A stretch of DNA of 64,000 nucleotides, taken from NCBI GenBank assembly GCA_963750735.1, contig CAVVRY010000018.1, positions 10,751-74,750 on the forward strand, given 5' to 3'. The translations under genes were made by a program, and so were the position numbers. Positions 31,148-40,432 of this stretch are shown in pieces. Source of the DNA: an uncultured Bacteroidales bacterium (GTDB lineage: Bacteria > Bacteroidota > Bacteroidia > Bacteroidales > VadinHA17). The stretch's first letter is position 1. Each line of letters starts with the position of its first letter. Under the pieces are notes generated by a model. That model made no database searches, had not been told where the DNA came from, and saw only the letters and a list, made by a program, of their open reading frames with translations.

Positions 31148-33118
31148 TTAAAATTTCCTTGTAACTCGTAAGAAAAATCCGTTTAATATAAATTTGCTCG
31201 TTACGTAATTACGGCTATAAAAGTCAATTCCTGCATTCAAATACAATTGACGGAAGACAGTTGAAAATTCAAGCCTGCCTGTCCACATACTGAGGTCTGT
31301 TTGGAATGCCTTATGTCTTAAGTAACCTACTTCCAATTCGATTCGCGTTTGGGCCTTAAAGACATAAGCCGCCCTACCAGAAATATTCCCAAATCTTTGT
31401 TGATGGTTATCCTCAATATATTTGTAATCTCTCAGAGAGGCATTTAGTGAGAGAATTAACTTATTATTGAAATCACCCTGCAGGTTTAGATAATAGCGAA
31501 TCATACGGTAGGGTATTATATTGCTATTGTAGTTGTCTAATTCTACACCTCCCCGAGCAAAGTTTTTTTCCAGGCGTATCCCAACTATATTTTGAGAAAA
31601 GTAGTTAAGCGTAAGAAAATCGGTTTGTTGGATATTAACATAGTTTTGAAATCGGCCCATGTAATATATCTCAAGTAAGCGATCAAAGAGAAGAAAGCCC
31701 AAATAAACATTATGATTATTAAGATCATACTTGTAACTTCCTGGTTGAATGACAGTATAGTCAACGAGTACTGAACCCCCATTGGGAATCAGGCCTCCTA
31801 ATAATCTCTGGACTTCAATATAATTATTTCTTTCAATAAGTATATAATCCAGATTTAGCTGATAAATTATAGTTCCGGAGATGTCTTTTAATACTACAGA
31901 ATTGATATCTGCATTTGGTTTCCCAAGCAATTCAATCACTCCATCTGTTAATGTATGCCCCTCATTTAGGACTTGCAATGTAGCAGTTTCGCCATCCATC
32001 TCAAGGTGATGCCGAAAATAATGGTAAGATATGTTTAAACGCCCAAAAGGAATTTTTTTAGTATAGTCAAAACCAAATCCTCCTTTGAAATTTGATTCAT
32101 AGTAAACGGTTTGATTTGTGTTGTAATATTCCAGGAAGATGTTGCTTCTAAGGCTTAGAAATAATTCTTGATGCAGGTCGACACCCACCCTGTTTTGGGC
32201 AATATCCTGGAAACTTTCTTTTAACTTGTAAAAATTGTAATGAGCTGCAAGCTGGAAATTTGAAGGAAGATTAAACAATATACGTTCGTTTATATCAAGC
32301 CGTTCAAAATCAAATGTACCAACCTGAGAATAATAAGAAATTCGGGAATTGAAATTATAGTTTTTCGCAGAATCGAGAAATACCTGGTTGTTCAGGTTAA
32401 CACGGTTTATAACATTTCGGTTGGTGTCAAGTGCTGAATGAGTATAAGTAAAATCATCATGACCATAAATTAGTTCATTTTTATCACGCATCCCAAATGA
32501 TCTGTCAATCCGACCTTCGAATGTACTTCTATCGTTGGTGAAAACTCTTCCTGTTTCGGTTTCCCTCTGATTCCACTTTAAATCATTATACCTAAGAGTG
32601 AGAGGTACATGTTTATTCTTTAATAGAAGGATGCCTCCCCATTGTTGGCTTTTTGAACGAACATTTGTAAGGTTTTCCCGATTGAAATAACTTTGGTGAT
32701 AATTATAAAATGGAGTTATTGTTACAGTTTTACCGTTGAATAATGTAGATCTAATTCCTATTTTACCCAATGTACGTACTTCGGATCGATTCGGTATTGT
32801 CAGATATTTTTCATTCCTAGTTTCAGGATTGAATTCAAAATCTAAATCCAGAAGCACCAAGTCAGGAAGCCAGAGAAAAGAACTGGAATGTAATTTAATT
32901 CCTGCAATTCCATATATACTTTGCTGTTTTTCTTCAGTAATTCCAATCGTGCTATTTTGCTGGCGATAGAAACCTTCTAGGCTAACTTCACCGGTAAATG
33001 CCAGTTGATGCCAGAAGCCCAGTGAAGAAAGGGAACCCTGAGGGAGGACTTCCAGGCATAATGGGAGAATTAAAAGAATCAATATGTAGCGAAAGTGTTT
33101 CACGCAATTGTTAATCAA
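31148..33118 (-). CDS. Large outer-membrane beta-barrel protein (putative porin of a porin-cytochrome conduit, ExtB-like)
   Basis: Signal peptide; many alternating aromatic/hydrophobic strands rich in Y, N, R; C-terminal FLRVTRKF; lies between two multiheme genes. Confidence 0.72.
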   Translation of the reverse strand: MINNCVKHFRYILILLILPLCLEVLPQGSLSSLGFWHQLAFTGEVSLEGFYRQQNSTIGITEEKQQSIYGIAGIKLHSSSFLWLPDLVLLDLDFEFNPETRNEKYLTIPNRSEVRTLGKIGIRSTLFNGKTVTITPFYNYHQSYFNRENLTNVRSKSQQWGGILLLKNKHVPLTLRYNDLKWNQRETETGRVFTNDRSTFEGRIDRSFGMRDKNELIYGHDDFTYTHSALDTNRNVINRVNLNNQVFLDSAKNYNFNSRISYYSQVGTFDFERLDINERILFNLPSNFQLAAHYNFYKLKESFQDIAQNRVGVDLHQELFLSLRSNIFLEYYNTNQTVYYESNFKGGFGFDYTKKIPFGRLNISYHYFRHHLEMDGETATLQVLNEGHTLTDGVIELLGKPNADINSVVLKDISGTIIYQLNLDYILIERNNYIEVQRLLGGLIPNGGSVLVDYTVIQPGSYKYDLNNHNVYLGFLLFDRLLEIYYMGRFQNYVNIQQTDFLTLNYFSQNIVGIRLEKNFARGGVELDNYNSNIIPYRMIRYYLNLQGDFNNKLILSLNASLRDYKYIEDNHQQRFGNISGRAAYVFKAQTRIELEVGYLRHKAFQTDLSMWTGRLEFSTVFRQLYLNAGIDFYSRNYVTSKFILNGFFLRVTRKF

Positions 33119-33164
33119 TTATTACTCAATAGTAATTCGTGGTCATTCAAATGTCAATTTTGCC

Positions 33165-33405
33165 GTTTAATCGTTTAACTGTTTTTTGATAATTGATTAT
33201 CTGTTTATTGGCTCATTGTTTACTGATAACTGATTATTTGTTTCTTTTACCCTGATTACTGTTTATTGATAATTGTTTATTGGTAACTGTTTACTGATAA
33301 CTGATAATTGATTATTTGTTTTCTTTATTAGTTTGGTTTTTGGTTCCTGTTTTTATCTGATTACTGATTACTGATTATTGATTATTGTTTAGTGATATCT
33401 GTTTA
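33165..33405. repeat. Degenerate 7-nt tandem repeat tract (TGATTAC/TGATAAC/TGTTTAC/TGATTAT)
   Basis: For example CTGATTACTGATTACTGATTATTGATTATTGTTTAGTGATATCTGTTTA and ACTGATAACTGATAATTGATTAT; intergenic. Confidence 0.75.
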
Positions 33406-33439
33406 GGACTTTCGATTTACGTTTCACACCTTATGTCAT

Positions 33440-33997
33440 TTAATTAAACATTAACCTATCCTTTCCTCCATGGGGATTGTGGCATTCGATGCAATTCGTA
33501 TCTTCTATTCCTTCATGAATTTTTGTATTAAAACCTTCCCCCGGAACATGACAATGTAAACAGAGTTCCTGCCCACTGCGTTTCAGTAAATTTTCTTTTG
33601 CATAATGGGGCTGATGACAGGCCGTGCAATAGCCTCCGGCAACCGGGCCATGAACAGTTTTATAGCGCTCTTCGAAATTTTCATGGCACTGGTAACAGAG
33701 TTTGGGCTGAGGGAGAATGTATCGGCCCATCGTATTTTGGTCATGGCAGCTTGAACAATCTTTTTCCAGGTATGGAATGTGATAAATAGTCTTTGGTGCG
33801 TTTGGAATTTCAGTTTCCTGGACTATTATATCAGGACTGTTTAAAGAATCAATACCGATGGTCTGCTCCAGTAGCTCATCACCAGGGACTCCGTCAAAAA
33901 AGAAATTCATGGCCTTTTTCCCTGCTTCAGGGGAACAACCACCTAATAGGATAAGAATGAAAATGATAATTGAGCTTACTGACCAAGCATTATTCAT
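33440..33997 (-). CDS. Pentaheme cytochrome c lipoprotein (ExtC-like)
   Basis: Lipobox LGGC; FFFDGVP; CSSCH, CYQCH, CTACH, CLHCH, CIECH; directly upstream of the barrel gene. Confidence 0.88.
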   Translation of the reverse strand: MNNAWSVSSIIIFILILLGGCSPEAGKKAMNFFFDGVPGDELLEQTIGIDSLNSPDIIVQETEIPNAPKTIYHIPYLEKDCSSCHDQNTMGRYILPQPKLCYQCHENFEERYKTVHGPVAGGYCTACHQPHYAKENLLKRSGQELCLHCHVPGEGFNTKIHEGIEDTNCIECHNPHGGKDRLMFN

Positions 33998-35060
33998 TTA
34001 TAGATGTTTTTTCTTCAACAAATCCGTATACCCCTATTTTATTGGGTCCAAATTGATTTGTCACATAGATTAAGAATTTCAGGTTAAAATCCTTATAAAC
34101 ATAGGGTTTGAAATAATCAAGGTTATCATAGCTGATGGCAACTCCGGCTGGAAGACTCATATTTCCATGTCCTCCAAAAAACATCAATAATGCACCACTT
34201 TTATTAAAGATTTGAACATTTTCAAAAGCTGCATCTACTGCATACAGGTTTTCATTTTTGTCAAGAGCAATGCCTTTTGGGCGTGTAAATTGGCCAAATC
34301 CCTTTCCATAATTCCCAGTTATACCCCTAAAACTTCCATCTGGTGAAAAAGATTTAATATTAAATCCACCAAAATCTGTAACATAAATATTTTCATTTGA
34401 AGAAGAAATATTCACAGGCTGATTTAGGTATCCCTTCGACTCTGGATTTAAGTTTGGGAAAGAATCAATCAGGTTATAATCCAGTAAATCGTATACAAAT
34501 ATTTTATGTCCACTAACATTGGCCACATATATTTTTTCATCCTTCACCCATACACCTGTTGGTTTAAAATTCCCAGTTGCCCCCAGGGCAGTGACATACT
34601 TTAACATATGGTCGAATACTACAACCTGTTTTCGTTCCCCATCAGCAACAAAGAGATAATGAAATTCATCAACAAAACAATTTAGTGGAAGTTTTAGTTG
34701 GCCTTTGCCAGTAGGTATAAAGTATTCGAAGGTTCCTTTTTTCAAATTAATAATTTCCAATCCGCCAATTCCCGGGTCGCAGATATATATACTATTTTTT
34801 GTTACCTGAATTCCATATGGCCTGTTTATGGGTCTCGGTTCTTCTTCACCAAGGAAAAACTTTTTAAATCCGGATTGGGGTCTGGCAATGTTTTCTGAGC
34901 TGTTAATATAAGTTAAAAATTGTATTCTTGCAGAATCCGGAGGGGAGGGAAATAGTATAAGTTCTTCAGCAGTTGGAGATTTGATTATTTTCTTTGTGCA
35001 GGCATCAAAAGTAAATGCCATGATCAAAAGAATGAATAATGTAGAAAGGCTTCGATTCAT
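33990..35060 (-). CDS. NHL-repeat beta-propeller lipoprotein
   Basis: Lipobox FDAC; FPSPPDSARIQFL; NHL blades GQFTRPKGIALDKNENLYAVDAAFENVQIF; overlaps the pentaheme gene by 8 nt. Confidence 0.87.
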   Translation of the reverse strand: MNRSLSTLFILLIMAFTFDACTKKIIKSPTAEELILFPSPPDSARIQFLTYINSSENIARPQSGFKKFFLGEEEPRPINRPYGIQVTKNSIYICDPGIGGLEIINLKKGTFEYFIPTGKGQLKLPLNCFVDEFHYLFVADGERKQVVVFDHMLKYVTALGATGNFKPTGVWVKDEKIYVANVSGHKIFVYDLLDYNLIDSFPNLNPESKGYLNQPVNISSSNENIYVTDFGGFNIKSFSPDGSFRGITGNYGKGFGQFTRPKGIALDKNENLYAVDAAFENVQIFNKSGALLMFFGGHGNMSLPAGVAISYDNLDYFKPYVYKDFNLKFLIYVTNQFGPNKIGVYGFVEEKTSINE

Positions 35061-35280
35061 TTAGTAAAAAGTTGTTGTAGGCCCTATAAAATGGCAGGGT
35101 GAAAGCCTACATTTAGATACACTGTTTTTCTACATACTTTATTGTGCGAAATCGTATGCCGGGAAATAACAGAAATATAGTCTTAATGTAAGCAGAACCA
35201 TTTCCGAAAATATACATTTTTTCTTTTAGAAATTTTTTAAATAAGAGATCGACAAAATCTTTATCTTTTTTTTGAAATGG

Positions 35281-35304
35281 AAAAGGGCAGCCGAAACCAC
35301 CCTT
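35281..35304 (-). terminator. Terminator hairpin after the omcE-like gene
   Basis: Minus strand AAGGGTGGT-TTCG-GCTGCCCTT-TT, a UUCG-loop hairpin with G-U pairs. Confidence 0.65.
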
Positions 35305-35330
35305 AAATATTTATTATGCAAAACTGACCT

Positions 35331-35927
35331 TTATTTAAGGTGACAGGTCAGACAAAGTGCACTACCTCCATTATCCAATCGAAGAAAATTGCCAAATTGA
35401 TTATCGTGCACATCATGACATGAAGCACACTCCATCCTTTCTGAAAACAACATATCTGCATCTATGGTTCCACCAAGACCTGAATTCACAGCAGAAGGAT
35501 CTGCCAGTCCATCATCAATTGTAGAGAGAGCAGTATTGTAGTCAAAACTTATAGGATGGTCATTATCTAAACTTGTACCAACTAAAGCGCTCCCAGTCAT
35601 AAAATTTGTTCCAGTATTACCTCCAAAACTTTCAAGAGCAACAGTACCATCATGACAACTGAGGCACAATAATGAATTTGAGCCTGGTTGTGCAACGGTG
35701 GCATCTAATGTTGGCGAAGTATACAAAGTAAATGTTGCGGTAGTAACGTCATGATTCCATAGCGGAGCATTGGCCACAGCAGTACCATTGTGGGGAGTAT
35801 GGCAGACTATACAAATTTCACCTCCTGACCAGGTGTCACCACTAAAGTCATGACCAGAACCTGTAATTTGACCAAATGCTATTACTGTCAAGCACATCAA
35901 AAAAGAAGCAATTAGTATTTTTTTCAT
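35331..35927 (-). CDS. omcE: OmcE-like tetraheme cytochrome c (candidate cytochrome nanowire subunit)
   Basis: Signal AFG/Q; ordered motifs SGHDFS, EICIVCHTPHN, PLWNH, TFTLYTS, SLLCLSCHDG, VGTSLDNDHPISF, MECASCHDVHDN, FLRLDNGGSALCLTCH match Geobacter OmcE as I recall it (not aligned computationally). Confidence 0.85.
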   Translation of the reverse strand: MKKILIASFLMCLTVIAFGQITGSGHDFSGDTWSGGEICIVCHTPHNGTAVANAPLWNHDVTTATFTLYTSPTLDATVAQPGSNSLLCLSCHDGTVALESFGGNTGTNFMTGSALVGTSLDNDHPISFDYNTALSTIDDGLADPSAVNSGLGGTIDADMLFSERMECASCHDVHDNQFGNFLRLDNGGSALCLTCHLK

Positions 35928-36089
35928 AAACGAAAGGTTAAGTTGATGATTTATTAAAATTATTTGAAAATCATTACAGCACTAAGACTGAAGGGCATAT
36001 TTATTAAATATAGATATATTATTTTCTCAAGATTCTACCCAAAATATGTTTTAGAACATATGTATATAGGTAATATTACCTTGTCCGAA

Positions 36090-36103
36090 TTGATATATAT
36101 CAA
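36090..36103. promoter_or_regulatory. Perfect FNR box upstream of the omcE-like operon
   Basis: TTGAT-ATAT-ATCAA, about 160 nt upstream of the ATG at 35927. Confidence 0.75.
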
Positions 36104-36364
36104 TAGAAAAAACGTAGATATACACAAGGAAGGCTGATAAAATATATTCATATTATTGATAATCAGCTATAAAATGAATGAGATTAATTGAAAAAGGATA
36201 TTGTCATCTGAAAATCAGTTTAATATGTTCAGTGGAAACTAGGCGTCATATTTTTGAGCAATGATGGGCAAAAAATAAGAATTTCTATCTTTTCAAATAT
36301 TGGGATGGGTATTGCTATTTTTCCGGCAAACGACTTAGTTTTGAAAATGAAACTCATTTATTAA

Positions 36365-36515
36365 GCTCCAAAAATCAATATTCAAAAAACAAACAATAAT
36401 TAATGTTCAAATAATCAAAATTCAAAAGGAATCACTTATTATATTAAAGTCTTTCTTTTAATAATTGAGTTTTGAGATTTATTTGGGTTTTGGCTATTGT
36501 AGTTTGGTATTTAAA
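36365..36515. repeat. Low-complexity inverted repeat (CAAA-rich arm and TTTG-rich arm)
   Basis: CCAAAAATCAATATTCAAAAAACAAACAA... is mirrored by ...TTGAGTTTTGAGATTTATTTGGGTTTTGGCTATTGTAGTTTGG. Confidence 0.5.
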
Positions 36516-36607
36516 TGATGATCCTTAAAATACTGGAGCAGCTGCAATACCTTGCAGCCTGGTATACCAAGGAATAGTCCGTCCGATCACTCAGTGTGAC
36601 TTTAATT

Positions 36608-39391
36608 CTAGCCAAATATGAAGGCATAAATAAGAAGGATAACCATTAAAAACCCAATACCCAGGAAGATAAAACCAAAGGTTTTGATTAAGCGCATCCA
36701 GTCTTTAGAATAGGTTTTCTCAACTACCAGTTCTTTTAACTTACCTGATTCTTTTAATTCTTCGTATTCTCTGGGTCTTTCGTGCTTAAAAGTTTCCAAT
36801 GGCATATGTCCTGTGAAAATTACAGTATCCATTGGGAAGGCTTCAGGGCGGAAATGGGTATTGAAGAAGTGAACCGTAAAGATAAATCCTACGGCAAGAA
36901 GGGCCTCATCACTGTGAATGATCTGAGAAATGTTAATGACCCAACCAGGTAAGAACTTGGTAAAGAATACCGGGAACCAAAGTACCAGACCGCTAAAACC
37001 AATCACCGCAACCCCCCAGAATACAGCCATATAGTCAAATTTCTCCCAGTACGTCCATCTGCCATAATTAGGGCGTGGTCCCCGTCCTAAAAACCATTTT
37101 ATTGTGGCTCCAAAGTCTCTAATATCCTGCTTGTTGAACATCAGTGAATTTCTACCGAATACGAATTCAACAAAGGACTTGCGTCGTTTGATTTTTTGCC
37201 GGATCAAATTAAATAGATGAAACGCAAAGTAACCAAAGGTAATAATGGCACCGATGCGGTGCAATACTCCTGCTCCCTGAACTCCACCTACAATTGACGC
37301 AATTGTTTTGGCCCATTCCATATGGGCGAATTTCAGCATCATACCGGTCAGGGCCAGCAGAATGAAACTTACTATAACAAATAAATGAGTAATTCTTTGA
37401 TTTCTGCTAAACCTTCTGAAATAGGTGGCAGGGCCATCAGTTTTTACATGATGGTGCTTTTTCCTCTCTTTAAATGATCTTGGTAACCACAACAGGATAT
37501 GCAAACCAAAAAAGCCAAACACTCCTAATAAAAGGGATGTCATAAACCAATAGGTATATTTTAGTGCAGGTGCATCATCGTGGGTGGAATGATTCAGGTA
37601 TCCGGTAAACCTGTAGTTGGCACCTGTATGACACCGGGAACAGGTTGAAACAATATTGTTTTCACCGACCATTGAATTGGGGTTGTTCACCTTTAATACA
37701 TTGTGTGCGCCATGGCAATCGGAACAACGGGCCGCCTCAAGATAGCCTAATTGGTAAGCCTTACCATGATAAGTATCCATATAGGTTTCAGAGAGTTCTT
37801 CATGACAGGCCCCACACTGAACGGTAACTTCCGTCATAAACTCATCTTGTTTACTTGGTGAAATCACGTGTGCTGAATGGCAATTCACACAGGTTGGCAG
37901 CTTTACTAAAGTATCAGTCCTGGTAATTGAATGATCACTGGTAATATATTCGTCATAGATTCCTTTATGGCAGGTAGCACAGGTAGCAGGAATATTAGAA
38001 GGGTGAACAGATGAACGTTCATCCTCTTCCTTTAGCATAAAATGAGTTGTATGGCAATCAGTACATACGGCACTTACGCTTAAGCCTTTTTCTATTAAGC
38101 CTTTTCCATGTACACTCTGAGAATAATCCAAATAAGCGTCTTTCTCTTTGAGGTCGGCATGTTCAGTTGCCTTTCCATCTTCCTTATGACATGAACCACA
38201 CAATTCAGGGATTAAAGTATGATAAGTTGGTGAGGTATCGTCATATCTCGATTGTGTTTTGTGGGTTCCGTGGCAATCGGTACAATACGGTGCATTTTCA
38301 TCATTTGCATAATATGCCTTTCCGTGTCCGCTATCAAAATACAGGTCAAAGACTTCTGAATGGCAGTTTGAGCAATCGACCTTGCCCGCTGTTTCACAGG
38401 CTGAATTACTGGTATGAGGTTTAATATCGGTATGGCATTTAGCACATGGGATATTTTTATGCACAGAAGTAGATAAGTCGGCCCGATTTACAAACATTGA
38501 AACTTGTTCCCCATCAATAACTTTATGTACGTCATCCTTTTCATGACAACTAAGGCATGTTTTATCGGCAATATTGGCTTCCACAAAGGTCACATTCTCA
38601 CGATGAGGTGGATGGCAACTATTACAAACAGGAATGGAATTTGGATCTTTCTCCCACAATTCTCCTCTTATTACCTTTTTGTGAACTTCTTCAATTTTTG
38701 TATGGCACTTAAGGCAGGTTTTTGCAATATTGTTTGGAGATACAGTTGAATTGCGACTGGTATGAGCCAATACCATATGATTTCCATGGCAATCATTACA
38801 GGTGGCCGTTACAATCAATCCTTTGTTAAATAATCCTTCACCATGAATTCCCTGGGTATAGTTCTCTATAATATTGTGCTCTGAAACGTCATATCCACGT
38901 GAAACAGGAGCACCTTCCTTATGACATTTACCGCAAAGAATGGGAATATTGGTTTTATAGGTGCGTGAATTTAATTCAGTATAGTGCAAAATATCATGCC
39001 TTCCATGACATTCTTTGCAATCCGGTGCGTGGCTGTCGCCCATTTTCAATGCCTGGCCATGTATTCCCGCAAAAAACCGGCGATCTGGTTCTTCATGACA
39101 GGTACCACAACTTACCTTAGCCAGATTTTCCGCATGCGGATAATCAGCCACGGCGGCATCAGCATGGCACAAGGCACAGTCAACATCTTTATGAACTGAT
39201 TTGTCCAGGATGGCGGTGTTTACAAATAATGAAACAGTACGACCATTTCTTACTGTACTCAGGTCAGGATCCTCATGACACATGAGGCAGTCATCCCTTG
39301 ATTGTGAATTTGCGTTAATTATAAATAAAAACGATAGAATAAATGCCGATAAAAGACTTTTAGTCAGGCTAAAGCATTGGTTTATTCTCAT
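36608..39391 (-). CDS. CbcL-like fusion: 19-heme periplasmic cytochrome c domain plus membrane cytochrome b domain
   Basis: 19 CxxCH, then six hydrophobic helices with [59 protein letters not shown] (diheme b ligands). Confidence 0.9.
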   Translation of the reverse strand: MRINQCFSLTKSLLSAFILSFLFIINANSQSRDDCLMCHEDPDLSTVRNGRTVSLFVNTAILDKSVHKDVDCALCHADAAVADYPHAENLAKVSCGTCHEEPDRRFFAGIHGQALKMGDSHAPDCKECHGRHDILHYTELNSRTYKTNIPILCGKCHKEGAPVSRGYDVSEHNIIENYTQGIHGEGLFNKGLIVTATCNDCHGNHMVLAHTSRNSTVSPNNIAKTCLKCHTKIEEVHKKVIRGELWEKDPNSIPVCNSCHPPHRENVTFVEANIADKTCLSCHEKDDVHKVIDGEQVSMFVNRADLSTSVHKNIPCAKCHTDIKPHTSNSACETAGKVDCSNCHSEVFDLYFDSGHGKAYYANDENAPYCTDCHGTHKTQSRYDDTSPTYHTLIPELCGSCHKEDGKATEHADLKEKDAYLDYSQSVHGKGLIEKGLSVSAVCTDCHTTHFMLKEEDERSSVHPSNIPATCATCHKGIYDEYITSDHSITRTDTLVKLPTCVNCHSAHVISPSKQDEFMTEVTVQCGACHEELSETYMDTYHGKAYQLGYLEAARCSDCHGAHNVLKVNNPNSMVGENNIVSTCSRCHTGANYRFTGYLNHSTHDDAPALKYTYWFMTSLLLGVFGFFGLHILLWLPRSFKERKKHHHVKTDGPATYFRRFSRNQRITHLFVIVSFILLALTGMMLKFAHMEWAKTIASIVGGVQGAGVLHRIGAIITFGYFAFHLFNLIRQKIKRRKSFVEFVFGRNSLMFNKQDIRDFGATIKWFLGRGPRPNYGRWTYWEKFDYMAVFWGVAVIGFSGLVLWFPVFFTKFLPGWVINISQIIHSDEALLAVGFIFTVHFFNTHFRPEAFPMDTVIFTGHMPLETFKHERPREYEELKESGKLKELVVEKTYSKDWMRLIKTFGFIFLGIGFLMVILLIYAFIFG

Positions 39392-39486
39392 GGTTATTCT
39401 AAATTATTTTAAAATAATGCGTCTAAAATAATCAGAATAAATTAATAAACAATTTACAGCCCTCGTGTAATTTGTAAAGGAACAAA

Positions 39487-39500
39487 TTGATATTTATCAT
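39487..39500. promoter_or_regulatory. FNR-type box upstream of the cbcL-like gene
   Basis: TTGAT-ATTT-ATCAT (1 mismatch), about 95 nt upstream of the ATG at 39391. Confidence 0.6.
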
Positions 39501-39763
39501 AAAGGATTCAAATCCCGAATAATATAGACCTTATAAGTATAATAAAATCAATATGTTATTCTGTTAACAGGCAGTAGCTTAGTAAGAAATTATAAACTAT
39601 TATTTAAAAGATATTATTTAAATTGGATTCTTACTTCTGAATTTTATTACTCAATAGAAGCAATATCCTTGCCAATACTACCAGGCCCTTTTGAATTTGG
39701 AATATTATTTACCTTCTATATAAATATTCAATCCGATAAGTGAAATCAATTATTCCTTTAGCA

Positions 39764-40432
39764 TTAATGTCCCTCATGATAGCCGGTTATCATACTTTTA
39801 AAAAGAGTTGAAGATTTATCTCCCAGTGTACATGTATAAATGTGGATAAGCATAAACAGGGAAAGTATAAATCCTGTGGTAATATGAATCAGGTCATTAA
39901 TAAGCAACCCACTTATATTAAAAATCCTGTTCACTATCAATTCCGGGAAAAACATAGCTATTCCTGATAAGATTAACAAGGGCATGCCTACATACATAGC
40001 CAGGATATAACTTACTTTTTGCAGGGGATTGAATTTGCTGTTTTCAGTAACCGGAAAAGGATGTGGTTCTCCCTTAAACATACCATATGCATAATATCTT
40101 CCCTGTATGTAGAGATTTTTAAGAAGGCCTTTTTCTCCAAACCTATAATGTTTACTGTTACCGGTTGTAATGTTACCAATTATAAATACCAAGAAATTAG
40201 CGCTTAAAATCAGTGCTGTTATGTTGTGCCATTTAACTGCTGCACCAAAGTTCATAAGGAAAAATTCATTTTTCGCATTTGCTGCAGCTTCTGAACCAGC
40301 AGGCAATAACCACCCGGCGGCCCCGGCATATTGCATACTTAAGCCTGTAGCGATAAGCACAATAAATAGGAGAGCATTGAGAATATGCCAGGACCGAATC
40401 CATTTTGGATATAAATATAGTTTATGACTCAT
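39764..40432 (-). CDS. Membrane cytochrome b (Ni-hydrogenase/FdnI-type; CbcB-like)
   Basis: IRSWHILNA..ATGLSM, WHNI, KFNPLQKVSY, LIHI..FMLIHIY; four TM helices; overlaps the upstream heptaheme gene. Confidence 0.88.
   Translation of the reverse strand: MSHKLYLYPKWIRSWHILNALLFIVLIATGLSMQYAGAAGWLLPAGSEAAANAKNEFFLMNFGAAVKWHNITALILSANFLVFIIGNITTGNSKHYRFGEKGLLKNLYIQGRYYAYGMFKGEPHPFPVTENSKFNPLQKVSYILAMYVGMPLLILSGIAMFFPELIVNRIFNISGLLINDLIHITTGFILSLFMLIHIYTCTLGDKSSTLFKSMITGYHEGH

Noticed and set aside
33165-33405. Possible CRISPR array
   Set aside because: The repeats are degenerate 7-mers without unique spacers; no 25-45 bp conserved repeats and no cas genes in the window.
35076-35111. TGTAGGC..GCCTACA hairpin upstream of the NHL lipoprotein gene as a riboswitch
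   Set aside because: I could not match it to c-di-GMP or other known aptamer consensus by eye; an Rfam/Infernal scan would be needed.
39764-40432. Hydrogenase or formate dehydrogenase operon
   Set aside because: Only the cytochrome b subunit type is present, coupled to a heptaheme gene; there are no catalytic or Fe-S subunits nearby.
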